This document shows, piece after piece, positions 29,898 through 40,066 of a DNA stretch of 64,000 nt. This stretch comes from a virus, in IMG/VR virus record IMGVR_UViG_3300042341_001047; one strand, 5' to 3'. How positions within the stretch are numbered: position 1 is the stretch's first letter; each line of letters starts with the position of its first letter. The notes beneath the pieces were generated by a model. It had not been told where the DNA came from. It ran no database searches and saw only the letters and a list, made by a program, of their open reading frames with translations. A program made the translations under genes and the position numbers.

Positions 29898-30464
29898 ATG
29901 AAAAGATTTTCAGATATTAAAAAAGTAAAAGTTAAAAAAATCAACGAAGCCGAAGGTGAATCAAATTTACCTTCAAACTACGAAGATATGTCAAAAGAAG
30001 AACTTTTAGCTCTTATGTCAGGTAAAAAAGAACAACCTGAACCAGAAAAGAAAGAAGAAGAAAAGAAAGAAGTATCTAACGAAGGTGGTGATGTTTCTAA
30101 ATTCATCTCTAAATTGTTAGAAAGTAGAGAGATGGCTCAAGTTTATCACTGGACGGTTAAAGGTGATATGGGTTCACACGCAGCTCACTTAGCATTAGAA
30201 GCTTACTACAGTGGTGTTATTGAATTTATTGATGATATCGTTGAGGTTTATCAAGGTCAATATGGTTTAATTGAAGGATATGATCAAATTGCTACAGATG
30301 AAACAAGATCTAAAGATAAATTGGATTACTTCAAAGAAGTTGTTGAATTTGTTAAATCAGAAAGAAGTTGCATTAAAGTAGAAGATACACACTTACATAC
30401 TATAATAGATGAGGTTGTAGTTCTTATTTACAAAACAATCTACAAATTAACTTACAATAAATAA
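29898..30464 (+). CDS. Ferritin/Dps-like (DUF5856-like) protein
   Basis: YHW....SHAAHLALEAYY...DDIVEVYQG.YG; IIDE...YKL. Confidence 0.7.
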   Translation: MKRFSDIKKVKVKKINEAEGESNLPSNYEDMSKEELLALMSGKKEQPEPEKKEEEKKEVSNEGGDVSKFISKLLESREMAQVYHWTVKGDMGSHAAHLALEAYYSGVIEFIDDIVEVYQGQYGLIEGYDQIATDETRSKDKLDYFKEVVEFVKSERSCIKVEDTHLHTIIDEVVVLIYKTIYKLTYNK

Positions 30465-30465
30465 A

Positions 30466-31014
30466 ATGAAACACATTAAAAAACATCCTATTAATGATAA
30501 AGCTCAGAAGCTTTCAAAGGATATAAAAAAACAAGATCATAGTAAACCAGCATCAAAAAAGAAATTAGACGCTGATAAATCTTTAAGTGATCCTGAGGTT
30601 TCAATGAAGGTAACTAAACCATCAAATAAAAAATTAAATGGTGAAAAGTTTTTATCTAACCCTACAATCAATACTAAAAAGCCTAATAAACCTTCTAATA
30701 AAAATTTAGATGGTGAGAAGTTCTTAGCAGAAGGACTTAATCATTTAAAAAGATTCAATGAAGAATTCGATTCAAGTGGATATCAATCACACTGGACTAA
30801 ATTTGCTCAATGGTTATGGGAAAAAGACTTTGAATTATATGGTGGTGGAGAAGACCTTCACAATAAATTTATGGAAGTATCTAATGATGATAACTTATCA
30901 TCAGAAGATAAAGCTAGTCAAATTACAAATTATTTAGATGAAAAATGGGGAGTCTATGATGGATATATGTCAGTATATAATTATTTAGAATCTTTATTCA
31001 TGGATGAAATTTAA
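30466..31014 (+). CDS. Hypothetical protein, Lys-rich repeats then internal CTS-like motif
   Basis: KPSNKKLNGEKFL repeats; LNHLKRFNEE. Confidence 0.6.
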   Translation: MKHIKKHPINDKAQKLSKDIKKQDHSKPASKKKLDADKSLSDPEVSMKVTKPSNKKLNGEKFLSNPTINTKKPNKPSNKNLDGEKFLAEGLNHLKRFNEEFDSSGYQSHWTKFAQWLWEKDFELYGGGEDLHNKFMEVSNDDNLSSEDKASQITNYLDEKWGVYDGYMSVYNYLESLFMDEI

Positions 31015-31016
31015 CT

Positions 31017-31044
31017 AAAATCCCACTTAATAAGTGGGATTTTT
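31017..31044. terminator. Bidirectional terminator (CCCACT family)
   Basis: AAAATCCCACTTA-a-TAAGTGGGATTTT. Confidence 0.8.
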
Positions 31045-31284
31045 TATTTCTATAGTTCCGTAAAAGTTATTATTTATAATCTTTTTAGAGTATCTACTCA
31101 TAATTGATTTACTTGGTGAGAATTCATCTTTAACATCTAAACCTAAACCAAATATCTTATTAATCTTTCTTTTTCTACTTACATTCTTAGAAGTATATCC
31201 AGATATAACAGAAGTGGTTGTCAATGGAATATAAGGAGCAAAAACATAACCTTGTTCTAAATTACTTTTCTTTCCTATTATCAT
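31027..31284 (-). CDS. 85-aa protein resembling the C-terminal fragment of a gp23-type major capsid protein, with inserted RKRKINKIF motif
   Basis: GYVFAPYIPL ... FSPSKSIMSRYSKK..NNNFYG resembles the gp23 C-terminal consensus. Confidence 0.65.
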   Translation of the reverse strand: MIIGKKSNLEQGYVFAPYIPLTTTSVISGYTSKNVSRKRKINKIFGLGLDVKDEFSPSKSIMSRYSKKIINNNFYGTIEIKNPTY

Positions 31285-31420
31285 TGAATATTTTTTTAAT
31301 TTTTTCTTTTCTTTTATCTTTTCTAAGAAAAGAACTTAAAAAGTTCATAGAAGAATAGTCATGTAATCTACTTCCAGGTCCACCTAGTACAACATTCCAC
31401 TCATCTCTCGCTTTTATCAT
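31262..31420 (-). CDS. Unannotated 52-aa protein ending RKEKIKKIF
   Basis: Manual translation; overlaps flanking ORFs. Confidence 0.6.
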   Translation of the reverse strand: MIKARDEWNVVLGGPGSRLHDYSSMNFLSSFLRKDKRKEKIKKIFNDNRKEK

Positions 31421-31535
31421 ATAATCTTTTGATTTTATTTTTTCTCTTTTCAGATCTTTCTTTTTTAGACCATCTGAAAATTGAATCTGTTATAGACTCT
31501 TGAAACTCTTTTGATTGATTTTCCCAAATTGACAT
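31401..31535 (-). CDS. Unannotated 44-aa protein ending RKNKIKRLY
   Basis: Manual translation MSIWENQSKEFQESITDSIFRWSKKERSEKRKNKIKRLYDKSER. Confidence 0.6.
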   Translation of the reverse strand: MSIWENQSKEFQESITDSIFRWSKKERSEKRKNKIKRLYDKSER

Positions 31536-31557
31536 AAATATTATACAATAAAATTAA

Positions 31558-31875
31558 CTACTTGTTTTCTGTGTACATATACTTTCTACCAGTATCATTA
31601 TAATCCATTAGATTATTAACAACGGTATCAATCTTATCTTTAGAATCATCAACATCTTTTTTGATAACTTGAAGCGCAGCAATTGAATCATCTATCTGAT
31701 CATTTCCTTTTTTAGAATCACTTTTGAAATTATTTAATTCATTTAGTAATGATTCTACTGATTTTGATTTATCATCCATGATAGAAGCAAAGTCTTTTAA
31801 CTCCTCAATAATTTCTGCTACTCTTTCTGATGAAATATCTACTTGTTCATCTTCATTGAATCTTCTAATTTTCAT
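31558..31875 (-). CDS. Coiled-coil protein with CTS-like N-terminus
   Basis: MKIRRFNE. Confidence 0.6.
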   Translation of the reverse strand: MKIRRFNEDEQVDISSERVAEIIEELKDFASIMDDKSKSVESLLNELNNFKSDSKKGNDQIDDSIAALQVIKKDVDDSKDKIDTVVNNLMDYNDTGRKYMYTENK

Positions 31876-31910
31876 ATTAATAGTTTAATATTTTAATATA
31901 TATATTAATT

Positions 31911-32594
31911 ATGAAACGTAAGAATAAGCTTATATTAGAATTCACAGAATTTAACATGCAAAGAATGAACCCTGATTCAGCGGCTCAAACAGTTGGAGGT
32001 GTAGATGATCCGTCATTATCAACAAATGCCTTTGATAAACACTCAGACGCTATTAGACAAGCGATGGGTAGAATTAATGACATCCTTTATAATCTTAGTG
32101 GTACAAGTGCTTATAAAAATCTTAGAAGTAGATTAGCATTAGAACATCAAGATATTCAAAGTATTAAAATTCTAAGAATTGTTAAGAATGAAATTTACTA
32201 TGATGCTTATATCACGTTCAAAATTGATGATTATGAATACTGGGGAGTTATTGAAAATGTAATGAACGCAAATCCAGAATTAACATCAGAAGTATTCAAA
32301 GATTATGACCTTTATCAAAGTAAAGAATGGGTTATTAAAATAAAAGGATTAGTAGTTAAGACTATTAAAACTTGGTTAAAACCAGAGCCAGGAATATACA
32401 GATTATTAAATGATGAAATCATTTGTTACTCTACTGAAACCGGCAAACAACTTAAAATGGATAAAGGAATCGAAATCGAGTTAATAAGATCACATAGTGA
32501 TAAAATTATCATTAAACACGAATCAGATTATTACAACTTAGTTGGTGATAATTATGTTTACTTTAACTGGTGGTTTGAGAAAATTGAAGATTAA
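31911..32594 (+). CDS. Hypothetical protein (probable virion protein)
   Basis: LILEFTEFN near the start; TAATATATA upstream. Confidence 0.6.
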   Translation: MKRKNKLILEFTEFNMQRMNPDSAAQTVGGVDDPSLSTNAFDKHSDAIRQAMGRINDILYNLSGTSAYKNLRSRLALEHQDIQSIKILRIVKNEIYYDAYITFKIDDYEYWGVIENVMNANPELTSEVFKDYDLYQSKEWVIKIKGLVVKTIKTWLKPEPGIYRLLNDEIICYSTETGKQLKMDKGIEIELIRSHSDKIIIKHESDYYNLVGDNYVYFNWWFEKIED

Positions 32595-34693
32595 ATATCT
32601 TTTGGTTTCTTCAATGGTTCAACAATAACTCTACCATTATCATCAGTCCATTCCGTATCATACATATGTTTATCATGTCTTTCTCCGATTACCATCCAAC
32701 TAATCTCATCAGAAGAAGTATTTGACTCGGATATTATCTCAAGTATATTTCCAGTAACTTTTCCTTTAACAGGTGTCCATCCTGTTTCATTTGTTGTAAA
32801 ACATTGAACATCTCTATTTAATAAAACAAAAGTGCCTTCAGTCATATTTGAAGATTCATCTAAATTAATTTCAGATTTACCATTAACTAAGGATACTTTT
32901 CCTCTATAGATCAAATCAGCTTTAGGACCTTCAATGAAGGAGTGTACTAATTCATATTTATCTTTCATAGATTCAATTGGATGATCAATTCTAAAAGATC
33001 CACTACCCTTACTTAAACTACCAGTAACAGATGCATTTGAACTAATGAAGAAATTTTGTTGACCTGTCCAATCTATTGAACATAACGCATTTGAAGAAAT
33101 AACCGTATAACCATTACCAAGAGATAAGTCATATTTGTTTATAGTCAATGTGGCGTTATTTAATGGTGAGTGTATGATAATATCAGTAGCACCTCCTTGT
33201 TTTATCTCCAATTTTTTAGTACCACTTGTGCTAAAAGCAATAACATTAGCACTTGGCATATACATACCACTTTGAGTATATCCATACCATGTGTAATCAG
33301 GAGCCGCTGCCGTTGAAAAAGAAGTACTGACAGCACCTACCTGTATATAAGGAGATTTAGTTGTAGTACCTGTACCTAAACTAGTAGCTGTTGTAAATAC
33401 AACACCACCATTTCCAGCATTTGTTCCTTTAATATGCATTCTAGGTGTTCCATTTGTAGTAAATGCTATTTGATTAGTAGTAGGTCTATAAATACCAGTA
33501 TCAATATCACCAGTAAATGTAATAGATGGAGCTGTTGGAGTACCATTACTATACCTTATTGGTGAAGTACTAAGAGAATATGTAGCATACAATCTAAATG
33601 GAACAGATCCACTTACTGAAAATCCAATAAATGGAGCTGTGTAAACTATTGGAGAAGTACCCGGAATTGCTGTATCAACACCAGCTCCAAATATACCAGA
33701 ATCATTACCAAAAGCAATAGGTGGATTATCAGGTCCATTAAGTTCAGCACTACCAAACATAAGACCTGTAAGGTAATAGGTAGGTAATAACATTTGAGCA
33801 GTAACTGAATTAAATGCGAACCCAGTCCCTCTAGAATTATTGTAATAAGTACTAACACTAGCACCATTCACATTAGAAGCCGTAGATGAAAACATCATAT
33901 ATTTTAATCCACTCGAAGAAGGTGAGACTTGTGAATTATAAACAGTAACGGTGGAAGCTGTTTTAGATCTATCAGAAATTATATTAGTAATCTGACTACC
34001 ATCTCCTTTAAAGAAACCACTTGTTTTTATATTTCCAGTAACATCTAAAATCTCTGCAGGTAAAACAGTAGAGCTCCAATTTGAACCAATACCAACTTTA
34101 TTATTATTTGAAAGATAAATGGTTTGAACAGGAGCTCCTGAACCACCTGGTCTATTTGATATAGATAAATCTCCTTGGTCATTACCAAAGCTAATCAATG
34201 AAGAACCCTTAGATGAGTTAAAATAACCATTACCACCGACAAAACCAGTATAATACCAATTAGAACCAATAATGGTTGTTCCACCTTTATGTATAACCAA
34301 TGGAGGTGCTTGACCCGCAACATAATTAGGATCTTCAGCAAGACTCATTCCACCAAACTGCATATAGGTATTATTACCAGTTGGATTATTAGTACCAACA
34401 CCAATTCTTTTTTCAGTACCTGTGCTAACCTGGAAAACTCCACTATTTCCTATATAATTTTGAGATGTAAATAAAGGAACATATCCAGCTACCCCATTAA
34501 CTTGGTCAGTTATTTCGGCACTGAAGGTAGTGCCATTATAATAGTATGATCTATTATCAGATGTATCAAAAACTCTTAGACCAGTATATTTATATGGTAT
34601 TGAATTTCTAGCAGCAGCACCAGATGCGACTATTCTATTATCCAATGGAGTTGAATTATTTACGGTGAATCCTGTTATTATTTGTATTGACAT
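32591..34693 (-). CDS. Tail fiber-like protein with C-terminal chaperone-like domain
   Basis: Gly/Ser/Thr-rich beta repeats (IGVGTNNP, APSITFTGDIDTGIY); SKGSGSFRIDHP..LVHSFIEGP..RG C-terminus. Confidence 0.75.
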   Translation of the reverse strand: MSIQIITGFTVNNSTPLDNRIVASGAAARNSIPYKYTGLRVFDTSDNRSYYYNGTTFSAEITDQVNGVAGYVPLFTSQNYIGNSGVFQVSTGTEKRIGVGTNNPTGNNTYMQFGGMSLAEDPNYVAGQAPPLVIHKGGTTIIGSNWYYTGFVGGNGYFNSSKGSSLISFGNDQGDLSISNRPGGSGAPVQTIYLSNNNKVGIGSNWSSTVLPAEILDVTGNIKTSGFFKGDGSQITNIISDRSKTASTVTVYNSQVSPSSSGLKYMMFSSTASNVNGASVSTYYNNSRGTGFAFNSVTAQMLLPTYYLTGLMFGSAELNGPDNPPIAFGNDSGIFGAGVDTAIPGTSPIVYTAPFIGFSVSGSVPFRLYATYSLSTSPIRYSNGTPTAPSITFTGDIDTGIYRPTTNQIAFTTNGTPRMHIKGTNAGNGGVVFTTATSLGTGTTTKSPYIQVGAVSTSFSTAAAPDYTWYGYTQSGMYMPSANVIAFSTSGTKKLEIKQGGATDIIIHSPLNNATLTINKYDLSLGNGYTVISSNALCSIDWTGQQNFFISSNASVTGSLSKGSGSFRIDHPIESMKDKYELVHSFIEGPKADLIYRGKVSLVNGKSEINLDESSNMTEGTFVLLNRDVQCFTTNETGWTPVKGKVTGNILEIISESNTSSDEISWMVIGERHDKHMYDTEWTDDNGRVIVEPLKKPKDI

Positions 34694-34711
34694 ATCATAT
34701 ATATAAATTTT

Positions 34712-36232
34712 TTAATACTTGAATTGATAATTTACAGAAGGTGGACCAACTTGTGGTATACCCGTCCATTTGTAAACTTTGAATTGTTTTGAAGCCCAAA
34801 GACCACTTGGTGATGATAGTATTGTTAAAGTCGGTATTGAAAAAGAGTTTCCAATAATTACTGAAATATTATCAATAACCTCATCTAAATCTGGATAAGT
34901 ACTATCATAAATAAAATATAAATTACCACTACCAGTTATATCAATTGTCTTATCTCCTAAAGGTTCAACTAATTTAGTAAGACCAGAAAGACCAGCTGTA
35001 TTCATAGCAGAAAGGGCACTAAATCCATAAAAATATGGATATATTCCACTAATACTAGCAGTTGATGTATTTGATTGAGTTCCATCTCCAACGGTAGCAG
35101 CAAAGTAAGTAGTTGTATTAGAAACTGGTGATATAACTATACCAGATGCTGTTCCAGATACGACAGTTGTTCCAGCAGTTGATATAGGAGGATATGAACT
35201 TGGAACCATATTTGACAAAGATGTTATGTTTGTTGGATAAGTTCTTTTTGTTATTGTATAATTTAATTTAATCAATGGTGAAGTACCAACTTCAACATAT
35301 CCTGAAGAATATGGAGGTAAAACAGATACCGAACATGTTGGAGGTAAGTAGGAATAAACTATTCTTCTTAACATCTCAGACATCTCAACTAAACTAAAAG
35401 TCTCTCCCATCTGTATATCACCAATAGAAACTAAACAAGGTCTACTATCTGTAAATTCAATTGGATATCCATTAACATTAATAGGACCACCATTTATATT
35501 TATAGGTGAACCAGTTACACCAATACTACTCATACTAGGTAATGTTATGTTATCCCAAACATAGTTACCATTATTCCAAACCAATATTCTCCCATCAGAG
35601 GCTCCTGTCAAACCAGGAGTTAGATTAGCCGAGTCCGATATAGTTGGAAAAACTATATTATTAACAGAAACTGAACCATAATCACTAGTCAAATTTATAT
35701 TACCACCCGTATTACTTGGATTAACTATATCAAATGATAATGAACTTGTAGATGCTATAGTCTGTACTTGTAAATAAGGAGCGACACTATATAAAGAAGA
35801 TTTTGTTCCTGATAAAATAGAAACTCTTGTCCTTCCGTTGGAAATAGTATCTCTTTTAGTATTGAATAAAAATATATCAACATCGCTATTCAACAAAGAT
35901 GTTGACATTATATCTTGATAAGGTGAATATGATGAATATGTTCCTGAAAAAGATCTTTTACCAAAGTAAATTTTATTTTTCAAATCACCATCTAATGGAT
36001 CAGATGTATCAATTCCTATGTAAGAATCATTTGAAACTTTTGTTTGAGTAAATATAGAATTAGCAGCAGTTGTTAAAAAAACATCTCTTAAATCCTTAGG
36101 ATTAATTTGTTTACTAGTATTATCCTCTAAAACCGTTAAAACCTGACTTAAATCAACGCCAGTGGCTCCAATTAAATCATAAGTGGTTGCTTCTGTTGAT
36201 AGTCCTATATTTACACTAAATGTTGCTGCCAT
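34712..36232 (-). CDS. Virion structural protein (paralog of 36235..37893)
   Basis: DNT.K.I.PKD.RD.FL, NVNGY..EF, GSG.LYF shared with neighbour. Confidence 0.65.
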   Translation of the reverse strand: MAATFSVNIGLSTEATTYDLIGATGVDLSQVLTVLEDNTSKQINPKDLRDVFLTTAANSIFTQTKVSNDSYIGIDTSDPLDGDLKNKIYFGKRSFSGTYSSYSPYQDIMSTSLLNSDVDIFLFNTKRDTISNGRTRVSILSGTKSSLYSVAPYLQVQTIASTSSLSFDIVNPSNTGGNINLTSDYGSVSVNNIVFPTISDSANLTPGLTGASDGRILVWNNGNYVWDNITLPSMSSIGVTGSPININGGPINVNGYPIEFTDSRPCLVSIGDIQMGETFSLVEMSEMLRRIVYSYLPPTCSVSVLPPYSSGYVEVGTSPLIKLNYTITKRTYPTNITSLSNMVPSSYPPISTAGTTVVSGTASGIVISPVSNTTTYFAATVGDGTQSNTSTASISGIYPYFYGFSALSAMNTAGLSGLTKLVEPLGDKTIDITGSGNLYFIYDSTYPDLDEVIDNISVIIGNSFSIPTLTILSSPSGLWASKQFKVYKWTGIPQVGPPSVNYQFKY

Positions 36233-36234
36233 AA

Positions 36235-37893
36235 TTAAAAAATAAATTCAAATTCACCACTACCACTATAACTACAAGTTCCTATTGTTCTATAAACTCT
36301 GTAATTACCATAATTGATTTCAGTTCCTGAAAGTGCCGGTGTTACTGAACCAGAATAAGTAAATGAACTAGTCAATGGATAAGCTGCATCATATACAATA
36401 TAACCGTTAGGATCTTTTATCATTGATAACTCACCATAATTATAATCTATTGAGTAAGGAACTAAAAAGTACAAATACCCTGATCCACTACAATTAAATG
36501 ATACTGATTGAGAGTTTCCAGGATATGGTGTAATATGTTTATTAGATATATTCATAATAAGTCTAGTTCTACTACCATTTATAAAGAATGTCGAAGATCC
36601 GGTATTGATAGTACTATTGAATATTGTAAAAAATGGACTTAAAAATGTCAAAGAAGCCGTAGCAAAATGATTGATTAATGTATAACCCAGTGAGTCTAAT
36701 GAATCAGATGCTTGTATTGCATAATCATTTGTTACAGGTGTAGAAACATAATCTCTTTTAACACTGTAAGTAAAAGTAACAATAGTTTGATCACCTGGTA
36801 GGGCACTTGAGAAAGACAAACCAGAGTATGTACCAACAGCACCAACGGTATAAGGTGATGTATTAGATGGACCATATATCTGATAAGTATCAATATTTTC
36901 GGAATACTTTGTTACTGAGTATGTAAAACTAATAGATGATGTAACTCCTATCTCAGCATAATTATCACCAGTAGCTAAATTAGACAATTGTATTGTAAGA
37001 CCTGGAGGAGAATATGGATATAAAAGTTTTCTTATAACCTCAACCATTGGCCAGTTTTGATAGTTACCAGTTACCAATGTAGCATCATATCCAAAAGAAG
37101 GAAATGAACTTCCAGCTTGAATACCACCAATGGTTTGAGTAGTCAATGTAGGATCGACAAATTCTAATGAATAACCATTAACATTACTTGGACTACCATA
37201 AATATTAGTAGGAGTCCCAGGAACTCCAATACTTGAAATCGATATTGTTGGATCATCCCATCTTAAAGAACCATTCGGCCAAGTTCCTGAATACTTTAAT
37301 ATTCTACCATTTGAAGCAGACGCTGATGTTTCAGCAGCTGTTGGAAAAACTATACCATTTATAGCAACTCTACCAGTATTACTATAAATATTTATTGGAC
37401 CACTATAAATAGATGGATTAACGATATCTAAATTTATAGCAGTTCCTGTTGAATTAGATTCGGCTTGTATATAAGGAGCACTCGTATATAAACTTGAATT
37501 AGTTCCAGCTAAAATAGCAATTCTTGTTTGACTTTGAGTTACTGTATCTGGTTTTGTGTTAAAGAAATAAATATCAGTAGGGTTTGTATAAGAAAGTAAA
37601 GCATTATTCATTATATCAACGCCTGTATAATTTCTTTTACCAATAAATATCTTTTGTTTTATATCTCTATTTTCTGGATTACCAGAGTCAATACCAATAT
37701 ACTCTAAAGAAGACAAACCTATAGTTTGTTTAAAAGCAGCATTTGCCCAAGTTGATAAAAAGGCATCTCTAACATCTTTTGGTGATATTAATTTTTGTGT
37801 ATTATCAGGTATATCCAATAAGACACTATTAATGTCTTGCTTTCTAAGGGCTTCAGTTGGCAATCCAACACTTATACTATATGTAGCTGGCAT
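36235..37893 (-). CDS. Virion structural protein (paralog of 34712..36232)
   Basis: Ser/Thr/Gly-rich; tandem paralogy; late-promoter motif upstream. Confidence 0.65.
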   Translation of the reverse strand: MPATYSISVGLPTEALRKQDINSVLLDIPDNTQKLISPKDVRDAFLSTWANAAFKQTIGLSSLEYIGIDSGNPENRDIKQKIFIGKRNYTGVDIMNNALLSYTNPTDIYFFNTKPDTVTQSQTRIAILAGTNSSLYTSAPYIQAESNSTGTAINLDIVNPSIYSGPINIYSNTGRVAINGIVFPTAAETSASASNGRILKYSGTWPNGSLRWDDPTISISSIGVPGTPTNIYGSPSNVNGYSLEFVDPTLTTQTIGGIQAGSSFPSFGYDATLVTGNYQNWPMVEVIRKLLYPYSPPGLTIQLSNLATGDNYAEIGVTSSISFTYSVTKYSENIDTYQIYGPSNTSPYTVGAVGTYSGLSFSSALPGDQTIVTFTYSVKRDYVSTPVTNDYAIQASDSLDSLGYTLINHFATASLTFLSPFFTIFNSTINTGSSTFFINGSRTRLIMNISNKHITPYPGNSQSVSFNCSGSGYLYFLVPYSIDYNYGELSMIKDPNGYIVYDAAYPLTSSFTYSGSVTPALSGTEINYGNYRVYRTIGTCSYSGSGEFEFIF

Positions 37894-37959
37894 TAGTCTT
37901 AATCTTTTTTTGTATATATTAAAAATCGAAGTCCAACTATTAACAAAAAAGTCTGATAA

Positions 37960-38061
37960 TTACTTATCAGACTTTTTAGAGAATATCTTTTCAATTGATT
38001 TCTTTCTTCTATTTTTTCTTTGAATAGAATTTGAAATGTAGGGATAGTGTGGTAACGGCAT
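37960..38061 (-). CDS. Unannotated 33-aa peptide MPLPHYPY...RKKSIEKIF
   Basis: Manual translation; ATG 2 nt after upstream stop; ends in a terminator hairpin. Confidence 0.5.
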   Translation of the reverse strand: MPLPHYPYISNSIQRKNRRKKSIEKIFSKKSDK

Positions 38062-38063
38062 AA

Positions 38064-38465
38064 TTAATTAAATAAAAATTCTAATTTAATCAAATCCTTA
38101 ACTTTAGCAGTTTGTAAATTTAAGTCATCAAAGTTTATCTTATCATAAGGAACTTCATTTTCAATTTCCATTAAATCTGACATCTCTCTTGAAAAATCAT
38201 CCATATTTGTTATATTAACAGAACCAGGAATAATATTTCCTTGTTCATCTTTAGGTTGAACAATTGTTCCATTTTCATCTTTTTCTGAAAACTTTTCTAA
38301 TATTCTTCTTTCCATTTTAACTTTATCATCAACTATAGAAGAAACTTCTTTGATAATTCTAGTTAATCTAAAAGCAACTGAAGCATTGATATCTAAATCA
38401 ATAAGTTTGTTAAGAGCCTCTATGGTTTCACTACTAAGTTGTGAGTTTTTAATTCTAATTGGCAT
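38064..38465 (-). CDS. Hypothetical protein (DUF1617-like)
   Basis: Helical protein with KDENG motif. Confidence 0.5.
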   Translation of the reverse strand: MPIRIKNSQLSSETIEALNKLIDLDINASVAFRLTRIIKEVSSIVDDKVKMERRILEKFSEKDENGTIVQPKDEQGNIIPGSVNITNMDDFSREMSDLMEIENEVPYDKINFDDLNLQTAKVKDLIKLEFLFN

Positions 38466-38485
38466 AATTATGTTTAATATTTATT

Positions 38486-39217
38486 TTATATATCATCAAT
38501 ATTCAACTTTGTTGATAATTTTTCTATTCTATTTTTGATAATATCAATATATTTTTCTTCTCTTTCAATTAAAATATATTTTCTATTAAGTAATATAGAA
38601 GCATGTCCTGTTGTTCCTGTTCCAGCAAAAGTATCTAAAACAACATCACCTTCATTTGAATGTTTTTTTATTAAATCAGATATTAGTAAAATTGGTTTCT
38701 GAGTAGGATGTTCATATCTTTCTTTTCCGTGACAGATAGGGTATTTATAAATACCATTATCATACTCCGAATTAAATGTTGGACTCTTTACTTTAACAAA
38801 AGTAAAAAAGTATTCTACAGCATTTGAAAGATAATTAATCTTTGAGTTAATAGGAACTGGATTTGTTTTTACCCAACTACAAACTCTTGGTTGTTTGAAT
38901 TTATATTTATCAGCAATTTGTTTAATTGTATTTGACTTCCAGATATCATAAAAGAAAATTAAAGTTCCACCATCTTTTAAAACTCGATGATATTCTTTAA
39001 ATAATAAATCCCAATCTATTTCTTCTTTATCCCAATCACCAAAGTCAATTGATATACCACCATATTTAGTAATAATATCTTTTGATGCTGATTTAGAATA
39101 CTTTTTGAAATTTGAACTTTTTGAAATTTGATAAGGTGGGTCAACAAGTATTAGATCAATTGATTTATTATCAATTTTCTTCATTAGTTCAAAACAATCA
39201 CCTTCTAAAATCATCAC
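38486..39217 (-). CDS. DNA N4/N6 methyltransferase (beta class)
   Basis: DPPY, HPTQKP, LDTFAGTGTT. Confidence 0.92.
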   Translation of the reverse strand: MMILEGDCFELMKKIDNKSIDLILVDPPYQISKSSNFKKYSKSASKDIITKYGGISIDFGDWDKEEIDWDLLFKEYHRVLKDGGTLIFFYDIWKSNTIKQIADKYKFKQPRVCSWVKTNPVPINSKINYLSNAVEYFFTFVKVKSPTFNSEYDNGIYKYPICHGKERYEHPTQKPILLISDLIKKHSNEGDVVLDTFAGTGTTGHASILLNRKYILIEREEKYIDIIKNRIEKLSTKLNIDDI

Positions 39218-39280
39218 AATATATATTAAGGCGTTACAAGCCCCATAAAATAATATATAGATAAAAGATTATATTTAAAA

Positions 39281-40051
39281 ATGAACTTAATCAATTTATT
39301 TAAGAACCTTTTAAGAACTCAAAAGAAATTGGATATTGATAAACTACCATCACTAGGTCTCTTTTATAAAGATGACTTTAAGATTCATATTAAAAAAGTT
39401 GATGTTCAAGATATTATTGAATATGAACATAACTATAATAGTGATGACTTAGGATCTGTGATTAATAAACTCAAATCTATAGTAGAGAAAAATACTATTT
39501 TTTCTAAAGGATATAATTTTAAAGATATTAAAAGTATAGATGTTGTTTTTATATTCTTAGAAATCGTAAGATTATCAAAAGGAAAAGCTATAAAACTCAA
39601 TTATATAGATGATGAATATGGAACTGAAGAAGATGTTGAATTTAATTCTATTTACTTTAATTATTTTGAGTTAAGTGAAGATTTGAAAAAACTATATGAT
39701 AAAGAGAATAGACAATTTATAATAAATGATTACAAGTATACCTTACCATCAATTGGTATAGAGAATTGTCTAACCAATTATTTAATATCTAAGTCAGATG
39801 ATCCAAATGCTGTAAGATTTAATAAGTATAACTACGATTTTACTTTCTTTTTAGGTGATAAAAAATCTATAAGTTTTAAAGAAATTGATAACCTAATACA
39901 GATTTTTAACTTTGATATGGAAGATAGTGAGATAAAAAAAGTTAGAAATATTACAAAAATGTTTCAACCTATACAAAGATATTCACTCATAAAAGATAAT
40001 AAAATAATTGAAATCAATTCAAGAATTGATTTAGAAAAAATATGGAAGTAA
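39281..40051 (+). CDS. Putative baseplate hub assembly protein (T4 gp26-like)
   Basis: LPSLGLFY..., D..FIFL.I pattern. Confidence 0.45.
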   Translation: MNLINLFKNLLRTQKKLDIDKLPSLGLFYKDDFKIHIKKVDVQDIIEYEHNYNSDDLGSVINKLKSIVEKNTIFSKGYNFKDIKSIDVVFIFLEIVRLSKGKAIKLNYIDDEYGTEEDVEFNSIYFNYFELSEDLKKLYDKENRQFIINDYKYTLPSIGIENCLTNYLISKSDDPNAVRFNKYNYDFTFFLGDKKSISFKEIDNLIQIFNFDMEDSEIKKVRNITKMFQPIQRYSLIKDNKIIEINSRIDLEKIWK

Positions 40052-40066
40052 TTTAATATATAGTCT

